From: Candidatus Methylomirabilota bacterium
GTDB lineage: Bacteria; Methylomirabilota; Methylomirabilia; Rokubacteriales; CSP1-6
Direction: 5' to 3'
Length of the DNA: 57,753 bases
Assembly: GCA_046723845.1 (NCBI GenBank)
Contig: JBKOVG010000028.1
Location: 1-57,753, forward strand
The position numbers and the translations under genes were made by a program. A model generated the notes under the pieces. It had not been told where the DNA came from. It did no database searches and worked only from the letters and a program-made list of their open reading frames with translations. Within the stretch, counting starts at the first letter, position 1. Each line of letters opens with the position of its first letter. Positions 18,229 to 29,084 of this stretch are shown here, piece by piece.

Positions 18229-20145
18229 ATGAGCATGCCGGAACACCTCGCCGAGTCAGGGGACGGATGGCTTCGCCGGCTTCGGCGATACTCGCCCTTC
18301 AACCGGAGCCACGGGCTCAGACGTCTTCCGGACGATGTGATTGGCGCCGCCGTAGTCTGCTCCGCGCTTTTCCATGCCGTCATGGTCCTCGGGCTCGTCC
18401 GGGCCACTCAGGCCCCGCGATGGTCCCCAGGGGCCGAGATTTCCCTCGTCAGCCTGGCCGACCTCGTCGCCTCCGTGCCTGAGCGGACTCGAGCCGCCGA
18501 GGCCCAGACCGATCGGCCTGGCGGACACGCGGCGCCAGCGCCCGTACCACCACCGGCGATTCGAACCGCTTTATCGTCCTCGCCGTCGCCTTTGCCGGCG
18601 CCCCGGTCACCAGAGGTCGCGAAACCCTTGGTCGAGAGTAGCCTTGGCACGTCGACCCCGAAGGCGACCATCGTGGGGACGCCAGCCGAGTCCCACGAGA
18701 GGCTGCCAGCCATGGCCGCACCGCCCGCTCCAGCCGAGCTCGGACCCGTGGCCATGGTCACACCTCCCATCGTGGACACTCCTCTCGACCCCGGTTGGCC
18801 CGAGCCGCCTCCACTGCCCGCCCCCGAACCTGCGAAGGCGACCCCATCGCCTTCGGTCCCCGTCGCGGCCCAGGTCGCCGCGGCCGCCCGCGAGCTGACG
18901 CCTGCATTGATGGTCCCGAGCGCGACGCGCGTGGAAACCCCTCCGACGCCCGCCCGACCACGGATCGAACCTGCACCCGCGCCGGCAGCCGTCGGGGCAC
19001 CCCCTGGGCCAGCCGGTTCGCCGGTCACCGTCCAGGAGCCGCTCAAACCCCCTCTTGCGACCGGACAGCCGGTCGCGGAGGCCGCAGACCGCGCTCGACC
19101 TGCATCACCGCTCGGTATGAGGTCCGGTCCGCTCCTGGTGCGCCTCGATGGGCCGAGGCAGCGCGTGACCGATCAGCCCAACCAGACGATCTCGGGACGG
19201 CTGCTGGGCGGCACTGCCGAGCGGGTCGTGCTCTACGTCAACGGGCAGGCCATCACGATGAGCCCGACCCTGCGCACCTTCGAGATCTCGGTGCCGCTGC
19301 AGCCCGGCTCCAACAGCGTTCGGGCCGTCGCCGTAGACTCCGCGGGGCTCGAAGCCGATGACCTGATCGCGGTCCAGTACGTGAGGCCGCCGTTGACAAA
19401 CCGCATCGTCCTGGCGACCCCGGATGATGGACTCACGCTCGGGCCCGAGGATCCGCCGGTCGTCGTGGTCGAGGGCGAGGTGGAAGACAAGACCATCGAT
19501 ACCGTGTGGGTCGTGGCGAACGATCGGCGTGTCCCGGTGACGACCCGGGACGGGCACTTCCGCCATGTGCTCGTGGTCTCCGAGCCGGTGCTGCGCCTGT
19601 GGGCCGAAGCTTCCGTGAATGGAAGCCCGCTTCAACGGAGCAAGACCGTGACGGTCCGCAGCAACGGCAGCGCCACCCCGACCGGGATCCTCGTCGTGCA
19701 GTGGCCGCGCGGAATGGATCCCGTCGACGTGGAAGTCAGCGCCACCTGGCGGTCCCACGCGGACCGCCTCGACATCCCCGCGCAGACGGTGAGCTTGCCG
19801 GCGCTCGCCGGGGCCGGCAAAAGCACGCTCTCGGATGTCTTCTACCTGAGGGGCGTGAAGCCGGGCGTCTACACGTTGGCCATGCGCGGGCGCGGCACGC
19901 TTCCGCCAAGCGACGTTCGCTCAACATTCTACTTTCCGGGGAAGGCCGGATTCAGCGAGTGTCCGCTCCGTCCCGCCCGCCTCGGCAGCGGACGGACGGT
20001 GCTCGCCAAGGTTCTGCTGCCCTACGGGGTCCTTTGGAGCCAGGACGACTGGTTCAGCGGCGTGAGCGAGAGCGTGGACACGGTGACGAAGTTCCGGGTA
20101 CCGGAAGGCATCAGCTGGGTCGAGCGACGGGCCGATCTGCCATGA
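18229..20145 (+). CDS. Membrane-anchored protein with long Pro/Ala linker and C-terminal Ig-like domains
   Basis: TonB-like anchor (SALFHA), Pro-rich spacer, repeated beta-sandwich pattern (VNG...F...VPLQPGSNSVRAVA). Confidence 0.72.
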   Translation: MSMPEHLAESGDGWLRRLRRYSPFNRSHGLRRLPDDVIGAAVVCSALFHAVMVLGLVRATQAPRWSPGAEISLVSLADLVASVPERTRAAEAQTDRPGGHAAPAPVPPPAIRTALSSSPSPLPAPRSPEVAKPLVESSLGTSTPKATIVGTPAESHERLPAMAAPPAPAELGPVAMVTPPIVDTPLDPGWPEPPPLPAPEPAKATPSPSVPVAAQVAAAARELTPALMVPSATRVETPPTPARPRIEPAPAPAAVGAPPGPAGSPVTVQEPLKPPLATGQPVAEAADRARPASPLGMRSGPLLVRLDGPRQRVTDQPNQTISGRLLGGTAERVVLYVNGQAITMSPTLRTFEISVPLQPGSNSVRAVAVDSAGLEADDLIAVQYVRPPLTNRIVLATPDDGLTLGPEDPPVVVVEGEVEDKTIDTVWVVANDRRVPVTTRDGHFRHVLVVSEPVLRLWAEASVNGSPLQRSKTVTVRSNGSATPTGILVVQWPRGMDPVDVEVSATWRSHADRLDIPAQTVSLPALAGAGKSTLSDVFYLRGVKPGVYTLAMRGRGTLPPSDVRSTFYFPGKAGFSECPLRPARLGSGRTVLAKVLLPYGVLWSQDDWFSGVSESVDTVTKFRVPEGISWVERRADLP

Positions 20146-20876
20146 GCCGACGGGGCGCGGTCCTCATCCCACTTCTGGGGCTGATGCTGCTGGGTGCCGG
20201 CGAGGCCACGGTGGCGGACCTCAACGAGGCAGGGAAGGCCGCCTATGCCCGGGGAGATTTCGCCACCGCCGAGCGCCTGTTCGGCCAGGCTCTCGTCAAG
20301 GCGCCGGATGAGCCGCTGCTCTACTACCATCGGGGTATCGCCCTGATGCGCCTGTCCCGCTGGCAAGAGGCCTCGACCGCGTTTCAGGCCGCGCTCCGGC
20401 TGAACCCCTCTCCCGAAGTCGCGCAGCCCGCGCGGGAGGGCCTCCGCTCGATCGCCCCGTTACTGCGCGAGGCCGCAGCCCAGAGGGCCACCCCGGACGA
20501 CACGGCCGTCACGCTCCGCCGGATCGGAGGCAACTGGTTCGCGCAGGTGCGCCTCAACAACGCTCGGACTGCGCAGTTCCTCGTGGATACCGGCGCCACG
20601 ACCTGTGTGATCTCACCCAATCTCGCCGGCGCCCTCGACATCCGCCCGGAGCGCCACTCCAGTCCGGTTCCGTTGCAGACGATCTCCGGCCTCACCAGTG
20701 GTCACGTGGTCACGATTCCGTCGCTGCGAGTGGGCGCGGTCGAAGCGCAGGACGTGGTCGCGGTGGTTCACGACGTGGGCCCATCCATGGACGGCATCCT
20801 CGGCAACACCTTCCTGTCACGCTTCACGGTGACCCTCGACCCGGAGCGCGGGCTCCTCCGGCTGAGCGCCCGATGA
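20142..20876 (+). CDS. Exported TPR + retropepsin-like (clan AA) aspartic protease
   Basis: Signal peptide, TPR repeats, FLVDTGA catalytic motif and DGILGN. Start ATG 20142 (ATGA overlap). Confidence 0.88.
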   Translation: MSRRGAVLIPLLGLMLLGAGEATVADLNEAGKAAYARGDFATAERLFGQALVKAPDEPLLYYHRGIALMRLSRWQEASTAFQAALRLNPSPEVAQPAREGLRSIAPLLREAAAQRATPDDTAVTLRRIGGNWFAQVRLNNARTAQFLVDTGATTCVISPNLAGALDIRPERHSSPVPLQTISGLTSGHVVTIPSLRVGAVEAQDVVAVVHDVGPSMDGILGNTFLSRFTVTLDPERGLLRLSAR

Positions 20877-22507
20877 GGCCGCGCGGGTCCCAGGCCGTGA
20901 ATTTGCTTCAGATTCAGGAGGGCTCAGCCGGCGGAGAGGCCCTTTCGCAGACCTGGCAGCCCGCGCGAGCGCGCCGAATACCGTGGCAATCGCTGACGAT
21001 GGTCGCCGTCGTGATGAGCGTCGCTCTCTACCGGTTTTCGTTCACGGTCGCCGACCCCGATCTGTGGGGCCACGTCAAGTTCGGCGAGACGATATGGAAT
21101 GCAGGCCGCGTGGCAATCCCGGATCCGTTCTCGTACCTGACGGCGGGACGGCTCTGGCTCGACCACGAGTGGCTCTCGGAGGTCATCTTCTACCTGGTGT
21201 TTGCCGCGGCGGGACCGGCCGGCCTGATCGTGATGAAAGCCCTCCTCGGCCTGGGTTTGATGGGCGTCCTCTACCGACATCTCGGCCGTCAGGGTCTCAG
21301 CGCCCTCCGGGCCGGTTTTCTCGTTCTCGCCGCGGTTCATTTCTTCCTCATGTCCCTTGTCACGGTTCGGACGCTCATCTTCTCGTATCCGCTTTTCCTC
21401 CTCGTCCTAGCGCTGCTTCACCGAATGGCCCACGGCAGGCCGCGATGGATGTGGATCGTTCCTCCCGTCTTCGCCCTCTGGGCGAACCTGCACCCCGCGT
21501 TCCTCGCCGGGCTCGGGATCATCGGAATATGGGCAGCCGTCGAGACGTGGGCGCGGCTGATCGACCGACGATCGGTTCCGATCGGCCGCCCGACGATGGG
21601 CGAGATCATTCTCTTGCCGATCGCGTGCGGATTGGCAACCCTGCTGAACCCGTTCGGTCTCACGCTGTGGAGTCTCCTCCGGGAAACGGCCTTCGGATCT
21701 CGGCCCGACATCACCGAATGGCAGCCCCTCGCGCTCATGACCCCCTTCGGGCTCGCCTACGCGGCTCTCGTGGCCCTCGCACTCTGGGGTCTCATCTATA
21801 GCCGACGACCGCGCCGCGCCTCCCTCATGGCCGTCCTCGTCGTCGCGGCTCTGCTCCCGTTGGTCGCTATCCGCCACACCCCGCTGGCGGTTCTCGCCAT
21901 CACAGTCCTCGCCGGCGAGCACATGGGCGACGCGTGGGATCGTTGGCTGCAGAGTCGATCCGCCTCCCGATCCGGAAGCCGGCTCTCCGAGGCAGGGCTG
22001 CCGGCAGCGGCTCTCGTCGCGGGACTCTTTCTCGGCGTCTCGGCGCTGCCGCACTTCACCTGCATCCGCATCGCGCCGGCCATCGGCGGAAGCTACCCCG
22101 CGCGCGCGGTGGGGCTCATCAAGGAGAGCGGGGTTGCCGGCAACCTGGCGATCGACTTCGACTGGGGTGAGTATGCCCTCTATCATCTGAGCCCAGCCGT
22201 GAAGGTATCCATGGACGGCCGTCGCGAGACAGCCTACGGTCAGCCGACCTATCTCGAGAGCCTGGCCTTCCGCTTCGGCCAGGGACAGTGGAACGCCGTC
22301 CTCGAGAATCCCGAGACGCACATGGCGCTGGTCAAGACCGGCTTTGCTCCGTACAACTTGATGAAGCTCGAGCCCGGCTGGCGATTGATCTACCGGGATT
22401 CGCTCGCGGCCCTGTTTGCCCGCGAGGGCCTGCCGGTCGTGGACGCCCTCGAGCGGACCGCCGCGCCAAGTCTTCCGCCCGACGGCGCCGGGCTGTGTTT
22501 CCCCTGA
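20873..22507 (+). CDS. Polytopic membrane protein, putative GT-C glycosyltransferase
   Basis: DPDLWGH..G, DPFSY, HEW, WANLH, NPFG, EW and DGR motifs; many TM helices; paralog of 42375..43955. Confidence 0.7.
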   Translation: MRPRGSQAVNLLQIQEGSAGGEALSQTWQPARARRIPWQSLTMVAVVMSVALYRFSFTVADPDLWGHVKFGETIWNAGRVAIPDPFSYLTAGRLWLDHEWLSEVIFYLVFAAAGPAGLIVMKALLGLGLMGVLYRHLGRQGLSALRAGFLVLAAVHFFLMSLVTVRTLIFSYPLFLLVLALLHRMAHGRPRWMWIVPPVFALWANLHPAFLAGLGIIGIWAAVETWARLIDRRSVPIGRPTMGEIILLPIACGLATLLNPFGLTLWSLLRETAFGSRPDITEWQPLALMTPFGLAYAALVALALWGLIYSRRPRRASLMAVLVVAALLPLVAIRHTPLAVLAITVLAGEHMGDAWDRWLQSRSASRSGSRLSEAGLPAAALVAGLFLGVSALPHFTCIRIAPAIGGSYPARAVGLIKESGVAGNLAIDFDWGEYALYHLSPAVKVSMDGRRETAYGQPTYLESLAFRFGQGQWNAVLENPETHMALVKTGFAPYNLMKLEPGWRLIYRDSLAALFAREGLPVVDALERTAAPSLPPDGAGLCFP

Positions 22508-22527
22508 CCGGCTCACGACGGAGTGGA

Positions 22528-23019
22528 TCAGCCACCGGTCGCGAGCAGACCGGCCCCGATAAGTGCGATCAGCGAGCCGATCGGCAGAGTCTTGCGCCGT
22601 TCAGCGCGTCCGGTGATCAGGAGGTACAGCAACACGACCCCGCCTCCGAGTTGCGAGAGCGCGAAGGCGATCAGGGCCGGCTTCCAGCCGACCGCGCTGC
22701 CCACCAAGGCTACCAGCTTGATATCCCCGCCGCCGATTCCTCCCCGGGTCACTAGCGCGAGCAGAAGCAGCAGTCCACCCCCCACCAGAATGCCCAGGCC
22801 CGCCTCTACGAGCCCGGCCTTGCCCCCGGAGACGGCAGCGAGAACCAGCGCATACATCATGGAAGGCAAAGTTACGACGTCGGGAATCGTCTTGGTCGTG
22901 AGATCAACGACGACGACCACGGCGAGCGCACCGAGCAGCGGCAGGAGCGCCAGCCACCGAGGCGTGAGACCGAGTCGCTGAAGAGCTACCAGGGCGAACA
23001 CCAGGCCCAGGGCCACCAC
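22528..23019 (-). CDS. cpaA: Prepilin peptidase (A24, TadV/CpaA type)
   Basis: D...IPD and GGGDIKL aspartate motifs, no Zn/methylase N-domain. Start is uncertain (GTG 23019; the track ORF extends to 23178). Confidence 0.88.
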   Translation of the reverse strand: MVALGLVFALVALQRLGLTPRWLALLPLLGALAVVVVVDLTTKTIPDVVTLPSMMYALVLAAVSGGKAGLVEAGLGILVGGGLLLLLALVTRGGIGGGDIKLVALVGSAVGWKPALIAFALSQLGGGVVLLYLLITGRAERRKTLPIGSLIALIGAGLLATGG

Positions 23020-23063
23020 CGCAGCCAGCGGCCCCGGACGGGTGAGCTGCGCCAGCGGGTTCC

Positions 23064-23807
23064 CTATCTGGTCGGGGATGGTGGTAGAGGCGAAGGTGAC
23101 CCGGGAGCCAGCCGAGGCCCGTGACGATACTCGCGGAGCTGCTCCTCGAACTGGGCGTCCCCGCGCCGGCCGATCCACTTCACGTAGAAGCGAACCTCCG
23201 GAGCATACCAGTATTCGTCGACATCTCGCCGATCGGTCTCGCGAACCACCTTCACGGCGTTGAACCGGCCAGCGGGAACTTCGACGACCTCGGTGGTCAC
23301 GACGGAGAACCGGTCGGTGACTTCGCTCCTGCCCTTTCCGTCTTCATACGTGGCGTGATGCGTCCACCGCTGCCCCTCCTCCAGCGGCCAGACGAACCAG
23401 GGCTCCGGTGGACTCATGCGCGACTCGACCTTCTGCTCGCGCATCGTACCCGCCCATTGAATGTCCCGGGTGTAGAAGTGCTCCAGATCCCCGACCCGGA
23501 CCAGATAGAACCTCACCTTGTTGATCTCCCGGATCTCGACCACTTCCACGGTCTTCGTGCCAGCCTCCGAACCGCTCGTCCATCCGTAGACCCAGCGGTC
23601 CCCAGGTCGCCACTCCGGGGGCGCGCTGACGACCATCGGCGGCGGCACCGCGGCCGCCGGGGCGGTGGGGGTGGTCGCCGTCGTCGTGCAGCCCCCGATA
23701 GCGATCCCGAGGGTAGCTAGACCCGCGGCACAGGCCGTACGTGGTGCCGAGAGGAGGTCGCGCACCATGGACGCTATAGTCTCATGGTCGCTTCTCGCGC
23801 TCGCCAT
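23064..23807 (-). CDS. Lipoprotein with Thr/Pro linker and beta-rich domain
   Basis: LGIAIGG-C lipobox-like, TTTATTPTAP linker, EVVEVPAGRFNAVKV...WYAPEV motif. Confidence 0.75.
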   Translation of the reverse strand: MASARSDHETIASMVRDLLSAPRTACAAGLATLGIAIGGCTTTATTPTAPAAAVPPPMVVSAPPEWRPGDRWVYGWTSGSEAGTKTVEVVEIREINKVRFYLVRVGDLEHFYTRDIQWAGTMREQKVESRMSPPEPWFVWPLEEGQRWTHHATYEDGKGRSEVTDRFSVVTTEVVEVPAGRFNAVKVVRETDRRDVDEYWYAPEVRFYVKWIGRRGDAQFEEQLREYRHGPRLAPGSPSPLPPSPTR

Positions 23808-23918
23808 ACTTTAGGACGTCGACTGACCGAGAAAATCCGGCGCTCGACGGCGGCGTTGTGGTAGAAGGGTCGCCGAGGGCAGAGGAGAGCACGACAGCCA
23901 CGTCGATCGGAGGTCGCC

Positions 23919-24085
23919 ATGAAGGCTCTGGGAATCGTCGCCATCTTCGCCGGGTCCTGGTCATCATCCTGTCGCTCACTGGTGTGATCGGGCAAGGCGC
24001 GGGTCGGGCGGTGATCATCGCGAAGATCATTCTCCTTGCCGCCGGCTACTTCCTCTACAAGCGGAGCCTGCGCCCGCCCGCGTAG
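23919..24085 (+). pseudogene. Small two-helix membrane protein with a 1-nt frameshift
   Basis: GGAGG RBS, then MKALGIVAIFAG. It continues VLVIILSLTG...AGYFLYKRSLRPPA if one G is added to the G run near 23953. Confidence 0.5.
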
Positions 24086-24205
24086 CGGCATCGTGACGGT
24101 TCGCGGTCATCACCGACTGCGGGATCGACTCCCACTCCGTTCTCGAACGCCATGATCGCGAGTCCCGGAAACGCACGCACGGGGACGCGCAGAGGAATGC
24201 GAGCC

Positions 24206-24523
24206 ATGTCTGAACACGGGTCCGGGACCCCGCGGTCGCCGCGCGCCACGAAACCGACTCCGAGGACGCGGCGCGCCGATCTGCCAGTCGTGGAGGTATT
24301 TTTCATCCTCGGGGCGATCCTGGTCCTGGTGGGCTTTCTCTACTCTCTTGCCCGGTCGTGGCCATCGTTCGATCCCCTGGCCCTGGCGACGCTGGTAGGC
24401 ATCGGCCTACTTCTGGTGGTCGTCTGCGAGCGCATGCGTCTGGTGCTTCATGAGCTCCGGGTCCTGAATTCGCTCATGCGGACCCTGATCGCCGACACGC
24501 AGCAGGAGCCCCCGGGGACGTAG
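24206..24523 (+). CDS. Small two-TM membrane protein
   Basis: Two hydrophobic helices and host-like codon use; start uncertain (24152 to 24206). Confidence 0.65.
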   Translation: MSEHGSGTPRSPRATKPTPRTRRADLPVVEVFFILGAILVLVGFLYSLARSWPSFDPLALATLVGIGLLLVVVCERMRLVLHELRVLNSLMRTLIADTQQEPPGT

Positions 24524-24603
24524 CCGGCAACATCCGAGACCGCGGAGATCGCGGTCAGTGTAAGGCGCTCGAGCAGTCGCCGGAGGGGTCTCTGCCAGCC
24601 TGG

Positions 24604-26307
24604 ATGGTCGAGCTTGTCTTGCTTGCGCTCGCCTTGGCGCTCGCGCTCATCCGACCCGGAATCGGCTCGAGATGGCTCGAGAAGGTGGAGCGCGGGCTGA
24701 ACCGGCTTGCGCGGCGTCGTGCGCTCGCCGTGGTGACGGTGGGCGCCACCGCTCTGATCGCCCGGCTCGCACTGTTGCCCCTCGTGCCGATCCCGGAGCC
24801 TGACGTCCACGACGAGTTCAGCCATCTGCTCGCCGCCGACACATTCGCCAGCGGCCGGCTTACGAACCCCACGCCGCCGATGTGGACGCATTTCGAGAGC
24901 TTCCACATCATGTTGCGACCGACCTACGCGTCCATGTATCCACCCGCGCAAGCTCTCGTGCTTGCCGGCGGCATCTTGCTCGGACACCCCTGGTTCGGAG
25001 TCTGGCTTTCCATCGGCGCGCTGTGCGCGGCGGTTTGCTGGATGCTACAGGGCTGGTTTCCGCCGGGCTGGGCACTCTACGGCGGGATGCTCGCCATCCT
25101 GCGTTTCGGGCTGTCGGGGTACTGGGTGAACAGCTACATGGGCGGCGCGGTGGCCGGCGTCGGGGGCGCGCTGATCCTGGGAGCGCTGCCCCGCCTCAAG
25201 AAGGAGGCCCGGATCCGGGACGCGCTGCTCATGGGTGCGGGCCTGGTCCTCCTCGCCAACAGCCGGGCATACGAGGGACTCGTCCTCAGCCTGCCGGTCG
25301 GTGTGGCGCTCGTCGCATGGTTGCTCACGAGTCGTCGCCCCGCCCTCAAGGATCGAGCGCTCCGGGTGGCCTTGCCCATCGTTCTCGTTCTGGCCCTGGC
25401 CGGGACCGCGATGGGATACTACTTCTGGCGCGTGACCGGTCATCCCTTCCGCATGCCGTACGAGGTGGCCCGTGCGACGTATGCCACCGCACCGATATTT
25501 CTCTGGCAGTCTTCACGACCGGAGCCGACCTATCGTCATGCAGTGATGCGGGAGTTCTACAAGCGCTACGAGCAGGATTTCTACGAAGCCGAGATCGGGA
25601 GCCTCCGGGAATTGATCATCACGAAGCTGGCCTTCACGACGGCCTTTGTCGCCTTCTATTTCGGCCCCGCGCTGCTCCTGGTCCTCTTGATGTTCCCGCA
25701 GACATTCAGCGATCGGCGAGTGCGGTTCCTGGTCATCGCCGGAGCGGTCGTGATCGCCGGACTCGCGGTGGAGGTCTTCTTCATTCCCCACTACGCCGCT
25801 CCGCTAACCAGCCTCGGTCTCGCGCTGGTGGTCCAAGCCCTCCGTCACCTGGGGCGATGGCGATGGCGGGCGCAGCCAGCCGGCGCGCTGCTCGTCCGCC
25901 TCCTCCCGATCGTGAGCGCAGCAGCGCTGGCACTCCGTTTGGCCGCGCCGGGGCTGGGATGGCCTCTCGCGGAGACGAACCTCTGGTGGGCACGGCTCAC
26001 GCCGAGCCCTCGCCCGCTCGAGCGCGCGCACCTGCTCGCCGATCTCCAGCGACTCGACGGCGACCACCTCGTCATCGTTCGCTATGGCCCGGCGCACGAC
26101 CCCGGCCGCCAACTCGAATGGGTGTACAACGCGGCGGACATCCCGGGAGCCAAGGTGATCTGGGCGCGTGACATGGGCGAGCACGAGAACGCCAAACTGA
26201 TCGACCACTATCGTCATCGGCGCGTCTGGCTGGTCGAGCCCGACCTGCCGCCGGTTCGCCTGGAGCCCTACCGGCTCCCGCGTGGGGCTCAACGCCCCGC
26301 CGGTTGA
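24604..26307 (+). CDS. Polytopic membrane protein, putative GT-C glycosyltransferase
   Basis: [13 protein letters not shown] acidic DE motif in the first external loop, YPP, many TM helices, soluble C-terminal domain. Confidence 0.72.
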   Translation: MVELVLLALALALALIRPGIGSRWLEKVERGLNRLARRRALAVVTVGATALIARLALLPLVPIPEPDVHDEFSHLLAADTFASGRLTNPTPPMWTHFESFHIMLRPTYASMYPPAQALVLAGGILLGHPWFGVWLSIGALCAAVCWMLQGWFPPGWALYGGMLAILRFGLSGYWVNSYMGGAVAGVGGALILGALPRLKKEARIRDALLMGAGLVLLANSRAYEGLVLSLPVGVALVAWLLTSRRPALKDRALRVALPIVLVLALAGTAMGYYFWRVTGHPFRMPYEVARATYATAPIFLWQSSRPEPTYRHAVMREFYKRYEQDFYEAEIGSLRELIITKLAFTTAFVAFYFGPALLLVLLMFPQTFSDRRVRFLVIAGAVVIAGLAVEVFFIPHYAAPLTSLGLALVVQALRHLGRWRWRAQPAGALLVRLLPIVSAAALALRLAAPGLGWPLAETNLWWARLTPSPRPLERAHLLADLQRLDGDHLVIVRYGPAHDPGRQLEWVYNAADIPGAKVIWARDMGEHENAKLIDHYRHRRVWLVEPDLPPVRLEPYRLPRGAQRPAG

Positions 26308-26416
26308 AGGCGACGCGGTCGGCTCGGCCGATCGTCGTCGTACCTTGAAGATTCGGGGGCGTTCCGGTTTAGACTGAGCCATTGACGGCGAAGACGCGCC
26401 CCGGGCTCCGGGCCTG

Positions 26417-27817
26417 ATGCGTCTATACCGAGAGTCCAACGATCTCAGCGAAGAGGACACCATGTCGCCAGGACACGACGATCCGCGCTGGCCAACCCGT
26501 CGCGACGTACGAGACAGTGAGGTCCCGGCGGGCCCGTCTCCTTCCTCCGATCTACTTGAAGGGCCACCGGCCGATCCGTTTCTTCCTCCCCTACTGACGA
26601 CGGCCGAAGACTCTGGCCTGGACCTCGGTTTCCTGGCCGACCTCGCGCTCAAGACGGCCTATGCGGACACGAACTGCACCACCCAGAGGGCGGCCCAGCA
26701 GCTCGCCCTGCCGGTCGGCATCGTCGACGTTCTGCTTCAGCATCTCTACCGCGAGCACTTCATCGAGATCCGGGAGACACTCTCGCAGCAGAATCGCCGG
26801 TATGCGATGCTCGATCGCGGTTGGGAGCGCGTGCGCCGCCTCCTGGACCTGAACGCCTACATCGGCGCCGCGCCGGTCTCCCTCAGCGCGTACAGCGCCA
26901 TGGTGAGGCGCCAGGAAGAGCGCCGACCCCCGGTCGATGACGGGGCCATCCGGTCCGCTCTTGCCGACCTCGTCCTGCCCGAGTCCACGCTTCAGGTGCT
27001 CGGGGTGGTGGCCAACTCCCGACGGAGCCTGTTCATCACGGGCGCGCCAGGCAACGGCAAGACCTCGATTGCCCGAGCCCTCCACGCGGCTCTTCGGGGC
27101 GACATCTGGATACCGCGGGCCATCGAGGTGGACGGCCACGTCATCAACGTATTCGATTCGCACAATCATGCGCCGGTCGACCCACCGCCCACCGCTCCTC
27201 ACGATCAGCGCTGGATCAAGATTCGGCGGCCGCTCGTGGTCGTGGGAGGAGAGCTCACCATCGAGAGCATGGACCTGACCTACGACCAGACCGTGAAGTT
27301 CTACGAGGCTCCGTTTCAGATCAAGTCCAATGGCGGCAGCCTGCTGATCGATGATTTCGGACGCCAGAGAATACAGCCACGGGATCTCTTCAATCGCTGG
27401 ATCATACCCCTGGAGAATCGCGTCGACTACCTGACGCTGCATACCGGCAAGAAGATCCAGGTGCCGTTCGAGCAGCAGCTGATCTTCGCGAGCAACCTGA
27501 GCTCCTCTGGCTTCGGCGAGGAGGCCTTCCTCCGGAGGCTCGGCTACCGTCTCGCCGTAGACCCCCCCAGCCCCCAGATCTACGCGCGGATATTCCAGAA
27601 ATACGTCGAGGCACAGCGGCTCCGTTGCGATCCTCGACTCGTCGAGGCGCTCCTCGCCCGCTACCAGCAGGAGGAGCGAGAGATGAGGTCCTGCCAGCCG
27701 CGCGATCTCGTCGACCGCTGCCGCGACATCTGCCGCTACGAGGACCGTCCTTTTGCCTTGACCAGGGAGCTCCTCGACCGCGCGTGGCTGTACTACTTCG
27801 GCGCGCAGGCCTCCTGA
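26417..27817 (+). CDS. AAA+ ATPase with N-terminal winged-helix-like segment
   Basis: Walker A GAPGNGKT, Walker B LLIDDFGRQ, FASNL sensor, AFLRR. Confidence 0.85.
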   Translation: MRLYRESNDLSEEDTMSPGHDDPRWPTRRDVRDSEVPAGPSPSSDLLEGPPADPFLPPLLTTAEDSGLDLGFLADLALKTAYADTNCTTQRAAQQLALPVGIVDVLLQHLYREHFIEIRETLSQQNRRYAMLDRGWERVRRLLDLNAYIGAAPVSLSAYSAMVRRQEERRPPVDDGAIRSALADLVLPESTLQVLGVVANSRRSLFITGAPGNGKTSIARALHAALRGDIWIPRAIEVDGHVINVFDSHNHAPVDPPPTAPHDQRWIKIRRPLVVVGGELTIESMDLTYDQTVKFYEAPFQIKSNGGSLLIDDFGRQRIQPRDLFNRWIIPLENRVDYLTLHTGKKIQVPFEQQLIFASNLSSSGFGEEAFLRRLGYRLAVDPPSPQIYARIFQKYVEAQRLRCDPRLVEALLARYQQEEREMRSCQPRDLVDRCRDICRYEDRPFALTRELLDRAWLYYFGAQAS

Positions 27818-27821
27818 GCGC

Positions 27822-29084
27822 TCAGGCGCTCTCGGCCGGCACTGCCCGCCCCGGAGCGGTCATCGCCGCCCAGATCTGGTACACACCGAGTCCAACCAGC
27901 ACCAGTGTATACAGCTGCAGGGTCCTGTTGACCCCGATAGGTACCGGCGGGATCCACGGCACGACGTAAAGCAGAACGAAGAGGATTCGGACCGCCCGCG
28001 GCATCGCGTCCCACCTCGAGTAGAGCGCACCGGCCGCGAGCGCCATCCCGAGCACGACGATCGTCGTATCGTACGGGGCCACGTAGACATTCAGGACCAT
28101 CGTCCACGTGAGGGTGGCGGCCCACGTGAGGCCCGACTCCACCGAGCCCTCGCGTCGTCGGGCTCGCCACAGCTTGACCAGCCACGGCAGCACGCCCGCC
28201 GTCACCACCGCCATGACGCCCAACGCCCAGTGCCCACGGCCCCCGACGGCTAAGCGAACGAACGAGTTGAGGTCGACATAGTCCGAGAGCAGGAAGGAGT
28301 TGCGCGGGCCCGTCGCCATCGTTCCGAAGCGGAGCAGCATCGCCACGTAGTCGGCGCATCCCTGCCACCCCACCACCAGCACTGACACCGCGCCGAGCAC
28401 CGCGGTGCCTGCGCCGAACCCGACCAGGATGCGGCGGCGGCATCCGACGACGAGCATCGGGAGCAGGAGCCCGAGCAGCGTCGGCTTCGAGAGGCACAGG
28501 GACAACGCGATCCCGGCCCAGTAGTCTTGCCGCCGGCGCTGACACCACAGTGCGGCGGCCATCCAGAAGAACGTCAGGGCGGCCACCTGCCCGCGAGCGA
28601 TGCTGTCCACCGCCACCGGCCGGAACGACAGCATCAGGAGCAACGCGAGCGGCAGCTGGCCCCATGTCAGCGAGTCGCTCGCCCGCCACACGAGGGTGAA
28701 TCCCAGGCCGAACAGAACTAGGGAGAACAGCTGCCATGCCACGAGCGCCGACTCGAATGGCAGCAGCGCAAAAGGTCGAAACGCGATCGCCTCGAAGGGC
28801 GCGTGAGCGTAGAGCTGTTTCACCTCCGCGGGCAACGCCGGGAACAGCGAGTGGTACGTGCCATTGAAGGACTCCGGGGCGTAGAGAATTTCGGGTGAGT
28901 GGTTGAGGGCATACCCGACCGTGTAGAACGCCATGAACTCCCGCATCAGAGGTCTTCCCGATCGCAGCGCGTCGGTCTGGCTCTGAGCAAGTACCCAAAG
29001 GATTGCGATCGAGAGCGTCGCGGCTGCGACCTGCCACGGTCTCACTCGGAACGTCTCAGGGCCCGCCCGGACCACTGGGCTCAC
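27822..29084 (-). CDS. GT87/DUF2029-like membrane glycosyltransferase
   Basis: EFMAFY, YAHAPF..F.PFALLP, RGQ, KP, YD motifs; polytopic. Confidence 0.78.
   Translation of the reverse strand: MSPVVRAGPETFRVRPWQVAAATLSIAILWVLAQSQTDALRSGRPLMREFMAFYTVGYALNHSPEILYAPESFNGTYHSLFPALPAEVKQLYAHAPFEAIAFRPFALLPFESALVAWQLFSLVLFGLGFTLVWRASDSLTWGQLPLALLLMLSFRPVAVDSIARGQVAALTFFWMAAALWCQRRRQDYWAGIALSLCLSKPTLLGLLLPMLVVGCRRRILVGFGAGTAVLGAVSVLVVGWQGCADYVAMLLRFGTMATGPRNSFLLSDYVDLNSFVRLAVGGRGHWALGVMAVVTAGVLPWLVKLWRARRREGSVESGLTWAATLTWTMVLNVYVAPYDTTIVVLGMALAAGALYSRWDAMPRAVRILFVLLYVVPWIPPVPIGVNRTLQLYTLVLVGLGVYQIWAAMTAPGRAVPAESA

Noticed and set aside
19506-20141. N-terminal extension of the TPR-protease ORF
   Set aside because: It overlaps 18229..20145 out of frame; the signal peptide starts at 20142.
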